From contig CAJINV010000001.1 in NCBI GenBank assembly GCA_905178155.1, forward strand, positions 4,488,233 through 4,552,232: a stretch of 64,000 nt of DNA, read 5' to 3'. Every line of letters starts with the position of its first letter. Position 1 is the first letter of the stretch. The DNA comes from Amoebophrya sp. A120 (lineage: Eukaryota > Protista > Dinoflagellata). Made by a program: the position numbers and the translations under genes. Below the pieces are notes generated by a model that did not search any database, was not told where the DNA came from, and saw only the letters and a list, made by a program, of their open reading frames with translations. Shown in pieces: positions 24,643 through 36,600 of the stretch.

Positions 24643-27600
24643 CTACACATTCAACATGGATAGTAACGCCGTTCCCTTCAAAGTCCAGAAGCTCGGCGTC
24701 TCCATCGTGTCCATCTCGATGGGCAACACGAAGTTGGTCGAGTGACCCGTCGTGGATAACGTCCCCGCCCGGATGGAGGTTTTGTAGAAGGGACACAGGT
24801 ACTTGTCTGGATCCATCTTGTGGTCTTTCGAGGGGATGAAATTGATCAAGGGACACGTGTTGTACATGATCCCGTAGTCCTGCTCCGCTATGGAAGCGTC
24901 AGAATCGAAATTGACAAAATCGAAACATTTCTGATGCACAAAATCGATGTCAGCTGGAGCCTCAGTTTCCAAGTGGCGCATGACAAATTTCGGGAGTACC
25001 CAAATCCAGTCTGTCATGCTGTTTGGGCAAAGAAGACTCCTCCTGTAATGCTACTCTGGCTGCACATTGGATACCCCTAAACAGGATTACAATCGGTCTC
25101 ATTTGCGTGCTCCCCAATACAGGCCTTCAGTGCCCTACATTTTATGCATCATAAATTTTTCGACTTTGTCGATTTCGATCCTGACACATCCATATCCGCT
25201 AAGCACATGTTATCCATGTCCCACTTGGCCCCGTCGAAGAACATCCCGTACGCGATAATACCCTCGAACTTGTAGTTCTCCGGGTCCGCTTTCTGAGCGG
25301 CGATAAACGTCGCGGGATCGTCAAACTCAATCGGCTGGAACTCAAAGGAGAGAATGTCAACCGGGATCACGTTCGTGCGCGAGTAGTTCTGCTGCACCGA
25401 CGTCAGGTACCCCTGCGGGAAAAAGAAGGCGGAAAGCCAGTAGCACGGCGGTACGTTGTTTTTCACCCACCCGTCGAAGAACGCCACACGGTCAATGAAG
25501 TCTTCGTAGCTGTTGTGCGATCAGGTTAGTTTCAGAACAGAGATCGATCTAGTGGTGCGTTCATATTTTATATAATGACAGACATCACATCAACTTCAAT
25601 TTGCACACCGAAAATCCTAAAAGGATCGCGCACGTGCATGCAACAGGGAATCGCGCAAGGAAGTGCGAACATGCGCAACACAGCAGAGCCCGATAAGGAA
25701 GACAGTACTAGCTGCTGAGTGGCTTCAGACTCGGGTAGGAAACCTTCATCCACAGTGCGGGCGATTGGTTGTTCTGTAAGCTAGAGAACATGGCGTCGAG
25801 ATCTGCGGTCATAACGACGAAACCCTTGATGGCCTTCTCCAGCTCGCCCAGCGTCTTTCCCACTTGCGCAATCAAGTTGTTGAAGCGAATCATCTCCTGG
25901 CGCAAACCTGCGGAATTAGGAAAAATTGCGTACTTTTCGTGCCTCCGCCGGAAGCGGAGTCAATAGTTTCTTTGCGGATTTTCGGCAGGAAGCACGGCAC
26001 AGCACGTGAGAAATCTACACATGTGTACCTGTGCCCATAGGGTTTGTCATGCCCTCTACGCCGTCCTTGTTGATCAGATTCGCGAAGGTCGTTGGGTGAC
26101 AGCCCTCTTCTGTCAACTTCTCTGGCACGCGGCCTTTCTGATCCTGTTTTTGTGTTAATTGGTTTTAGCTATGCAAGCTCGTTTAGAATCAGCAGAACGA
26201 AAGTAAAGTAACGTATCTTCATTCGGTTTCAGACCCGAAAGATGATAGTTGAAGTATTCATCATAGTGGCAGTGGGTGCGCGGCTAGACGTTGTGATTCT
26301 GGCTTGGACTGTCAGCAGAACGAAAGTAAAGTAACGTATCCTCATTCGGTTTCAGACCCGAAAGATGATAGTTGAAGTGTTCATCATGATAAGTACTCGA
26401 AGCGGAGGTGCAACTGTCTGATCATTTGATGTCCGCGTCTTTTTTCTATTTTCACAAGAGAAAGCTACCTGCACGATTTCTTGCACGACCTCCTCAGGCG
26501 ATTTTCCGCCGCTACCACCTGCTTCTCGCGGCTGGATTTCGAGGATCACATTGAGCGTCTTCTCGGCCTGTGGTGGGTGCAATCATTCTTTGACTGACTC
26601 TGATCTGCGTTGGGCTTTCGATCGAAAACAAAAACATAAACAACGGCTTTTGTTACAACTCATCGCACTACCTATCTAAATCCCGCAAGACTGGCGCAGT
26701 AAATCAGAATCAGTAGCAGCGTGACGAAGATGCTCTTCTCATCTCTAAATAAAACAATCCTATCGATCATACCTCCATCTGTAGGAAGCTGATGTTCGCA
26801 TTTTCGTGCATCCCGAAGACTTCTGGCTGTTCTGTGAGTGGTAGTCTTTCCGCGTACGCCCGGAAAGTTATCGCAAGAAAAGCTCCCCCCTCCCCATATT
26901 GAAAGCGCATCCGTCTGAAAATTTGTGATGCAGCTTTGTGCCTGCTTTCCTCCCGATATCCGCAGGCCAGCCGTCGGGGGTCCCTCACCCCCGACACGCC
27001 GAACATCCTCCTTCCACGCGCAGCGTCGGAGGGGTCGCGCGTAGCCCTGGAGGTCATACATGAAACGAGGGTGGCGCTCGTATAATGCAGTAAAACACTG
27101 CACAGGAAATGAGGAAGTCAGAAAGGAACACAAATGCTCTGGGATGACTGTTTAGGAACATCCCAACAACCTCCGCCAACCACTGCCCTCGAATACACAA
27201 GAGAAAGCCGAAGCTAACCCAACTCCGGATACCCTTCCCGAAGCTGGACTGACCTGACCTGATGCAGCTTTGTGGCCACAAGTTCTGTCTATCTTGCAAG
27301 AACGCAAAGCCAGAGAGTCCGCCGCATTATGCAGGCGGTTTGTAATGCTGTTGGGCTTACAGCGTAGACATTTGCCACGCTAGTCGCCTACGTCAAAACC
27401 TCTCGGCTCAGGCTTGGCATATGCCTGCAGTCCTCTCCAGCAAGACAGACCGGATTTGTGTACGCAACTCCAGCATCAGAAACTTCGTTTCGATATGGGG
27501 AGGGAGGATTTTTTCCTTTGATAAAAGTGTCCACTTTCCCCAGGTCCCCATCGGGGATGGCGTACGTTCCCGAGGACGAGAACGCGTACCTGGGGTCGTC

Positions 27601-30600
27601 CGAAAGACAGTTCGGGTTCATGAAATTCGCCAGAATCGCCATCAAACACTTCCGATCGTTGTCGTCCGTGACGCGGCCTCCATAGTTGATTTGCCCGACC
27701 ACAAAGTTGATGGTGTCCCACGGCACGTCGCCGTCTAGTTCCAATAGATTTTTCACCACCTCGGTCGAGCACTCCAGATCGCTGTCGTTGAACTCGTAGC
27801 GGATATTGAACCCGAGCGGCCCGAACTTTCGCCTCTCTTGCAGGGTTGCGTGGAACATCTTGAGTGAGAACTGAATCTTCCTCCACGCGAGCGGTTTGCT
27901 CCCGGATTCCATCCCCAAGTCGTCATCGGTGAGAGTGATTAAAGACCGCTTGATGTTGGCCCGCATCCCCTTCGGTGGTTCGTTGGTCAGCTTCACGCCG
28001 TTCTGCAACACCGGGACCGGAAAGTTCGCCGAGGGCATGGAGGTGAGGAACAGGCGGAACTCCTTGTTAATCGTGTTCGACTCCTCCAGATTTTCGCACA
28101 GTTTCTCCAGTGTCGGCATCCAGGACACCGCCAGATGGCAGTTTTGGAGCAGCACCCAGCTGCCGTCCTTGGCCCCGTTCTCGATCAGCTTTTGTGCCTT
28201 GGGACCCTGCCCTTGCCCGAGCGAGATCACACCGAGGGTCTCGTCCTTCCCCATCTCGACGCAGAAACGGAGAAGCATACCAGTGGGGTCTGCACCGGTG
28301 ACGAGCACGAAGATAACCGGCGTTGCCTTCGTGGTATCCGCGTAGACTTCTGCCATGGTTGCGGAAGGGAACACGACGAAGCCTTCCCCAAGAGAGAAGT
28401 TCACGTACTCTTGGATTGCGAGGGAAAGCTGTTTTCATTTGATGGCGATTTGTTCGAAGCACATTTCATACTCATCAACCTCAGAGGCGATACCAGTTTT
28501 TCTGTGATGAAAAAACTTCTCATGCTGACTATCAAGGGTGATCAAGAACTGACGTCGATGCACATGATCAAGTACCTTCTCCGCTCGCATCGCCTTGGTC
28601 AGCAGCATCTGATGAAAGTACTGCAACTCGTGGGTCTCGGCGTAGTCACACGGTAACGGAATCAGGTGCGGATCGTCATCGTCCGCCCACTCCATCCACT
28701 CATCTTTATGGTCCGCGACGTGCTGGCACAAATCGTGGCAGGCGCCGCCTGTGTGCGTAATTAGTAAGCGGGTAACCACGAGTTATGACTTCTTTCATAA
28801 AATTACCAGAAGCATCCGCAACACCCAGTTCAAGTGAGTCAGAAGAGCACCTCCCACCTGCGCACACTACTTACCACTCAGCTCCTGGATGCCGTAGACG
28901 TACTCCCAGTCCTTGTCTTGCAAAAACTCCGGATCTGGGTTTGGTGGCTTCTTGCTCAAGTCCAGGCGCCCGATCCCTCGCAGGAGCAAGCTCCACAGTG
29001 GGTAGACCAACTGCTGTTCTGACCGCTGGATGGAGGACAAAATCATGAAACTGAAAATCAATTTCGTGTCCTCGAACAATCCGCGACACACGTTGATGAA
29101 GATGCTGCCGAGGATCTCCTCGTAGACGTATTTCAGTCTGGTCGCCAGCGGGTCCTGGCCTCGCGTAAGTGGCGGTCTCTTCGCGGTCTTGAAGCACTTG
29201 TCATACAGCTTCATGAAGTAGAACAGCGAAAACTGGTACCTGAGCATTGCCATTGCCGTAGAGAATTTCGCATGCAGCACTGCCCACAGTGTCGCAAAAC
29301 GAACGCTCTTCTTTGCTTTTTGATGCAGTGTTCAAGACATGAAAAAAATGAAGACAGAAACCAATACAAAAAGAGACACACAGTGTGTTGATTCCACGCC
29401 AACTATTAGTACATTGGATTGATGTTCGCCAAATCCGCGATGACGAAGTAGAGGATGGCGCCGACTTTTGGCAAGCTGGTGTACAGTGTGCACGCCTCGT
29501 CGATCTCCTTTTTCGTCTTTTCTGCATCCGCAACGCGGATGTTCACCTCTGCGGACGTGATTTTTGATTTTTGCAAGGTCGAGATGAGCACTTCGTCATC
29601 TAGAATGTTGCCCTCAGACTCAGATAGCAACCTCAAAATCTCGTTTTCCAAATCTTGCAGGATGCTGTTATCCTCCGCCAATTGCAGCACTAACTCCTCC
29701 ACTATCGCCATTTTGTCCGGAATCTCTTTCTGCACCGTCACGTTCAGCAGCTGCTCCTGCAGCCCGCTCATGGTCACGGTGAAGTTGATGATGGTGACCT
29801 TGATGCAAATTTCCGGGAAGTAGTGCGGGTTGGCCAACTTCGTGATCAAATACAATTTGAAGTTAAAGTCGTAGTCCACCTCATTGTCACCGATTTTGAT
29901 CACTTTCCTCCCGTTCACTTCCGTCACCGCTTTCTGCAGAATCGGCTCTAAAGCTGGATCGAGCGTCTCACCCAAATCCTCCAGCATCAGTGCCTGCCCC
30001 ATGCGGATGCAATTCTCTAAAAACAGCAGCATCTTCGGGTGGGTCATTTTGATCACTTTCTGCTCTTTCCCCTCCTTCTTCTTGATCCACTTGTTTGCCT
30101 GCGCCTGCGGATCGATCATCAGCGGCCACCGCTTCCCGCGGGTGACGAGAATCGCGTTGTTCACGGACACGGCGTCGGTGGGCAACCCCTGCAGGTTCCA
30201 ATTTCGGATCTGCACCGCGTCGCCCATGATCTCCTTCAAATCGAATACCTCCCCGCACGGAATACTGTTTGCCTTCGTCGCCGCCGTCCAATTCGTGCAA
30301 ATGTCTTGCCGGTAGTCGCCGGTAAACGGACCGTAGTAGGAAATCGCCGCGGCGGACAGGAAGACGTCCCCAGTCAGAAACACGATCTCCTGCTTGATCA
30401 CTTCCACCGTCGCCGCCCATCGGACCCCCTCGTCCGCCAGTCCGACGGTCAGAATTCCCGCACGCTTCAACCGCGATTCGGTCAGCGCCGCTTCCTCGAT
30501 CAAACTGTTCTTCTCGGCGATCGTATCGTCCAGTTGCTTCTGCAACCCGGCGACCTTGTCCAAAATCTCCTGCAACGCGTCCTGCTTCTCCTTCAGATCG

Positions 30601-33600
30601 GACATTGCTTTGTCCAGCGACTTATCAAATGTAAAAATGTCTGGGTCTGGAAAAGTGGAACTTGTAATGGGTGTCATGCATTCCCGGAGAATCTGTGTTG
30701 CATGAGCAGCAAAACAGAGGCTTTCTTTGTCATGCAAAAACGCAATTTGTAATGCGTGCTAGGCATCAGCAGGCCTCTCAAAAATTTGTCATGCTTGGCT
30801 GCCATTGGAAGCGCTTCAATCATGCGCAATTCAGCATCACAAGTTTCCAGACCCAGACATTTTTGCATTTGATACAACTCGCTCATCTCCTTCACTTTCT
30901 GCCGCTTCGGCTCCACGTCCTTGGCGACTTTCGAGTAGATGTCCATCGCGTGCTATCCTGAGTAAAAACGTCCCCACACCAGGGTTGTAATGCAGATTTG
31001 CAAAGACAGGAAGACTTGTAATGCGCATCCCCATGAGAGCCATTTCCAATCGTGTTTTGGAATTTGTGATGCTGTGAACAGGATGAGCAGATGAATCTGT
31101 GACGCGGCTGCACTTGCTAACCTGCACTACACTGCAGAGCGCAACTTGTCATGCGTGACTCACAAAACTCCTAGGTTTGTGTTGCAAAATCCCCATCCTG
31201 ACTCTGGTGTGGGTACGTTTTTACTCAGGATACGTGCGTCCACATACACAGCGACTTCGCGGCCTTCGACTGCTTCTCCACCATGTCTGGCTGGTAATCA
31301 CTCCTGCTCGTGTACTTCTCCAACTTTTTCAAAATCTTCGGGTCGATGTTGTCCTTGTCGAAAGTTTTCAGCCGATCGATGAAGCCGCTGTCGTTTAACA
31401 CTTTCTTCTATCCTGAGAAAAAACGGGGCCCACACACCAGAGTCAAGATGGGGAATCTGCTAGACAAATCAACCAGCTCTGGTTGTTTCGCATGACAAGT
31501 TTGCCCGCGTAGTGTAATAATCCTGTTTAGCTAGTTCCGAAGCATCACAGATCTAGTACATCATGCTGATTCTAGCATCACAAATTCCAAAACACGAATA
31601 GAAAATGGCTCTCAACATGGGGCGTCGCATGACAAACTTTTTTTGCATGCAGATTTGCATGACAACTCTGGGGTGGGGGGGACGTTTTTAAATACGATAT
31701 CTTCGCCCCGTCCCAGTCCATCTTTTCCCCGAGGAGCAAATTCACCGCCTCCATGGTCACCTGCACCAGGGAGGGCGGCTTCGCGAAGGACTTGATCTCT
31801 TGAATATCCTTCTTATCCAACGAATTCAAGGCTTTAACCGCGTTGTTCAGCGCCGGCATCGCGATGTCCAGATCCCGCTGCGCGTCCGCCTTGATCTGCC
31901 CCACTTCGTCCGCCTTTTTCCGCACCACCGCCTCTTCCGCGCCCACTCGGTCCTTGATCACCCCCGCCTTCTTCTGCTCGTCCTTCACGACGGGGATGAG
32001 CGCCTCCGCGTCTTTCGTTTTCTGCGCGATAAACGGCTGCTTCTCCGTGAGTTCCGCCTGCAGGTTCGCGACGATCTCGTTGGCGTCCTGAATCTTCTGC
32101 ACACCGGTGGACAAACGTTTCAAATTGATGTTTTTTTCCTTCTTCTTCTCGTCCAACATCTCCAAATAAAGCTGGATCAGGTCCAGATAGGATTTCGGCG
32201 TGGTGTACACGTTTCTCCTCAGCCGGGCGAGGAAGATTTGCGACGTGTTCAAAATTTCTTGGTGAATCGCGCAACAGGATTGCGCCAAGTTGTTTCTCAT
32301 CTCCTCGTCCACATCCTGCAAACCGGACAAGAACCGCTGCGCCACCGCGATCAACGCGTCATCCGGCCAGGGAAGGAACCAGTCGATGGTCATGCAGTTG
32401 ACTAGCGAGGGGAACATCCGCATGCGGACGCGGAGCGCTTCCCCTACCGGCGACACGACAAGCACAATGTGCAAGTCCTCCCGGCACCTTTGCACAAACC
32501 AGGCGTAGACCGCGTCTTTCGCTTCGTTCCGGCCCTGTTCCTTCGCGACTGGCCGCAAGTCGTTCACGATAGCGTCGACCTCGTCGTTGGCGAAGAGACT
32601 GGGCACCTCCCCGGAGTTCAGGATGTTGTTGATGTCCTCGATGAAGGTCTCCGTGATGATCTGCGTATCGGAGAACAAGAACATGGTCGGACTGCCCTTC
32701 CCGCCGCCCGCTTGGCGCAAGAAATTTTTCACGTCCTCGTGAAACGCGTCCACGCCGTACCCTTTGGCGAGCGCAATCTCGTACTTCAACATTTCGGACA
32801 AATGGCACGCCAGTCGCGCGCACGACGACCGACCGGAACCGCCGACCCCGACGAGCAAGCTGTTGCCGCGGGGCTGCGAGAAGACGCGCGCGGTGCGGCA
32901 CATGTGAAACACGCAGTCGCGGAAAAAGACCAAATTCATTTGCGTTGGGTAGGTCAAATTGTAGTCGTCGTTGTAGTCTTCCATGATCTTCACCAGTTTC
33001 CCCATATCCGTCGCCTCCTCATACAGCTTCTCCTCGGCCCCCGGCCGCAAGCAGTTGATCCACACCATGCCCTCCCACTGTTCGCGCGCCAGGTCTACGC
33101 GGAACGTGGACTTTGTCATTTCCGCGAGGACGCCGCGCAGCCAATCTTTGTCCCCTTGCGAGATCAATCGGTCCTCAAACACGCGGGAAACCTCGTGGAT
33201 CCACAGCTTCACGAATTTCTCCGGCGTGGAGGCCTGCTGGGGTCGCACCATGAGGACGCCTTGGAAGACCTTGGACACGTCCCGCAAATTGAAGGTGTAG
33301 TGCGACCTGGACGGGGTGGGGAGAAGTTCTTCCCCGCACCGGGTGTAGACCTCGATCGCGCCGGTGACCGCCTTGGAACAGAACGTTTGCACGTCGGGCT
33401 TGAACTTTCCCAAAAAGCCACCCAGGATGCTGTCGAAGATGAGTTTCATGGCGTCCTCGGAGGTGGCCGGCATGCAGAGAATGCAGTAGTGCCGGCTCAG
33501 TCGCGGCGTCATGTTGGCACGACCACCGCCGGGCGGGGCCGAGCAGAGGAGGTACCTGGTGTCTTCGATCATCTTCCAGAACAGCTTTTTTCGGTCGTAG

Positions 33601-36600
33601 CACCCCGAACGGTCCAGCATCAGGCGGATCACCTCGATCGGCGGCTGCGCGCCGTACTCCTCGACCTTTGGCATGTTCACGTCGTCGATCAGGATCGCGA
33701 CCTTGCGGCCCGACGGCGCGCCCAGGAGATTCTTCCTCTTCTTCTCCAGTTTCGATTCGATCGTCATCTGCGTCGACAGCGCGCCGGTCTGCGCGGAAAA
33801 AGTCATGTAGATCGGGTTGGTGCGGGCCATGAGTTTCATGTTTTCCAAAAGATTCGACAGCACCACCGACTTCCCCACGCCCGTCACCCCGGTCAGGTAC
33901 ACCGGCGCGCCGTGTATTACAATGAAAAATGCCCCCACCACGGAATTTGCAACAGTTTCTCATGCAAAGTTTCGAAATGAAAGCTTTTTGAATTGCACGA
34001 AAGGACTACGAGCCTTTCTGATGCAGAATCTAGATGCGCAAGGTATCTTCTGCATAACAGATCCGGCTGCTGTTGGGATCCTTTGCAACACAAATTTGAG
34101 CTATTCAGCATGGCAAAATTGTGATGTTGATAGATGCAAGACGGGGAATGTTTTCATTGGAAAGGTTTGCAATACAAATGCTGCCAAGTTCGGGGTGGGG
34201 GCATTTTTCATTGTAATACCGTGGGACACGAGTTTGTCCGTCGCGTACGCGAACCGGACTGTGTCGACGTTGGGCACTAGAAGTTGAAAGTAGGACACGT
34301 TTTCGTCAAACTTGAATTTCGGCACCAGCTCCGTCCAGCCCTTCCACTTCGGGCCGACGGAGAGGTCGACGTACCCGTCGTACCCCGCGCCGCCACGGGG
34401 GAAGGAGACGTCGCCGAACCACTTTTCGCACTGCTGCCCGAAGACCTGCCGCGACTTCGTATCCAGACTGCTGCCCAGAGACCAGTGGTACGCGAAGCAG
34501 AAGACCGGCATCAGCATCTTCTCAAAATCCGCCTCGGGCATGTTTCTGACGTCCGCGGGCTTCTTCAGCAGCGCTTCCACGTCCACCGAGGCGCCCTCCT
34601 CGCTGTTCAGTGCGTCTTCGGGGAGCGCGTCGGAACTGCTGCAACCGTTGGCGGTCGCGGCGTTCCAGTTGAAGACGGCGTCGAACATGCTGCAGAGAGA
34701 AATGACCAGCTGGGCGTCTTTGGTCACAATGGGCTCCTTCAGGTCCTTTCGAATGAAGTTGATGCCTCGGTCGACGAACTTGTCGAACATCATGTTGATC
34801 TTCTCCTTCAACGGCGCCGTGTACGGCTTTTCTGGAAGGGCCTCGAGCCTGTGGAAAAAAATGGCGTCGAGGCAGGAGGTCATCAAATTAGTGGATTTAC
34901 TGCATTTCAAACTTTTTTGTAGAAAGTAACTACATCTGAAATCAATGATGGTGAGACCGGCGGGAAATCAAGAGGGGAACTCACGAGCCCAGCAAGACAA
35001 CTACAAAACGAGATTCATCTACTTACAACAAATTACGACATCCTATACCAGCTCATCATGTATGGACGCCAGCCCAGATCGGACTCCGTGACGTAGATGA
35101 CACCCAACCGGGAGACCGTCGCGGGACTGGCGACGGCCAAGTCCTCCACCTCGAAGGCCATGCGCATGGTGAAGTTCAGTTTCATGCGCTCGCCGTTCGC
35201 GAGGCACAGGGTGACGTTATCGTCCAGCACCGTGTTCATGGACTCGATCCAGATCGCGTCGATGGGTCCGTCGAACATGGTCCACTTGTAGTCCTGTGTC
35301 TCGTCCATCTGGAACTCACGGATCATGGAACTCGCCAGGCCATCCGTCCATTCTTGCGTCATCTCGTTGAACTCGCCGTAGAGCTCGCCCATGGTGATCG
35401 CTTTCGGGTTCAGCACCTCGTACCGGACCGTTTGGAACCGCGCGTCCGCGTGGCCCTCCGCCCGGAGCATGGTGAGCGCGCGGGCGAGAGTGTCGAAAGC
35501 ACAGGACTTCCCGCCGGTGGTGGGGCCGACGATGCAGATCCCGAATCGGACCATCATGGTCTCGAAAACCTGGATAATCTTCCCGATCTGCTTCTCGTTC
35601 AGCTGCATCTTCTTCTCCAGCAGTGACGTTTCAATGCACCGCTTCAGGTCGCCCATGTCCAGGTAAGGAATCTCGAGGCCCGGGAACAAGTCGCCGACGA
35701 TGGCGAAGAACAAAGGCAGATCTTGCGCGAGAAACTTCGGTGCGTTCGCGTCGCGCATCGCCCGGACCAGTAGAATATCTTCGTCCATGTCTGGATCTTG
35801 TCGCTTCAAGCCACCCGCCATCACCAGCACGGACTTCACGGCCCGCATACCGAAATCGTAGTGGTCCTGCTTCGACAGCTGTTCGGACGAGAGTTTGAAC
35901 AGTTTTGTGAACTTACCGGACAGCTTTTTCGCAGTGCCGAACCCCTCGGCGAAGAGCATAATCTCCGCGATCAAAGTGTAGTCGGGGACCATCATCGCCA
36001 CCGGGCGGAACAGCACCTTCAGGTTGTCCGGGAGCTCGGTACGCCCCGCGTAACCCGGGTTCATCGTGATGAAAATCCCGCACGTACCCTTCACCCTGTG
36101 GATTTTTCAGAGGGGGAGCTGCCTTGGCAACCTTTCTTATTCTTTCTCGTAAAACAATGCATAGGCATACGGAGTATCAACGCGTACACAAGCTACGGTC
36201 AGAGATAGAACGGCACGAGCAAAAAAGAGATTGCGTACAAGACACTGGAGCAAGTAAAACTAGTACCTCAGATGCCTGCCCTCAAAGACCATTTCGTGTG
36301 CTTTAGCCAGCAGCGCCATCCGGATCTGCAGCACTTGCTGGGCGATCACGGAAAGCACCTCGATGGAGATACGGTTGAACTCATCCAGACAGGTCCATGA
36401 CCCCGCGGCGATGATTCCGGAATACAGCTTTCCCATCATCTTGTAATCGATCTGATCGGAGCAGTTGAACACCACGCACTGACGCGCGATACCCTTCGCC
36501 AAATCCTTCGTTGACTCCGTCTTCCCCGTTCCGGCCGGCCCTGCAGGAGCGGCACCGAGACCTCAAGGATTTTTTTGTGATTATGTGTCACGAACCCAGA

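Noticed and set aside
32820-32860. Walker A K-to-R in AAA4 (GVGGSGRSS)
   Set aside because: Common in inner-arm dynein heavy chains, so not unusual.
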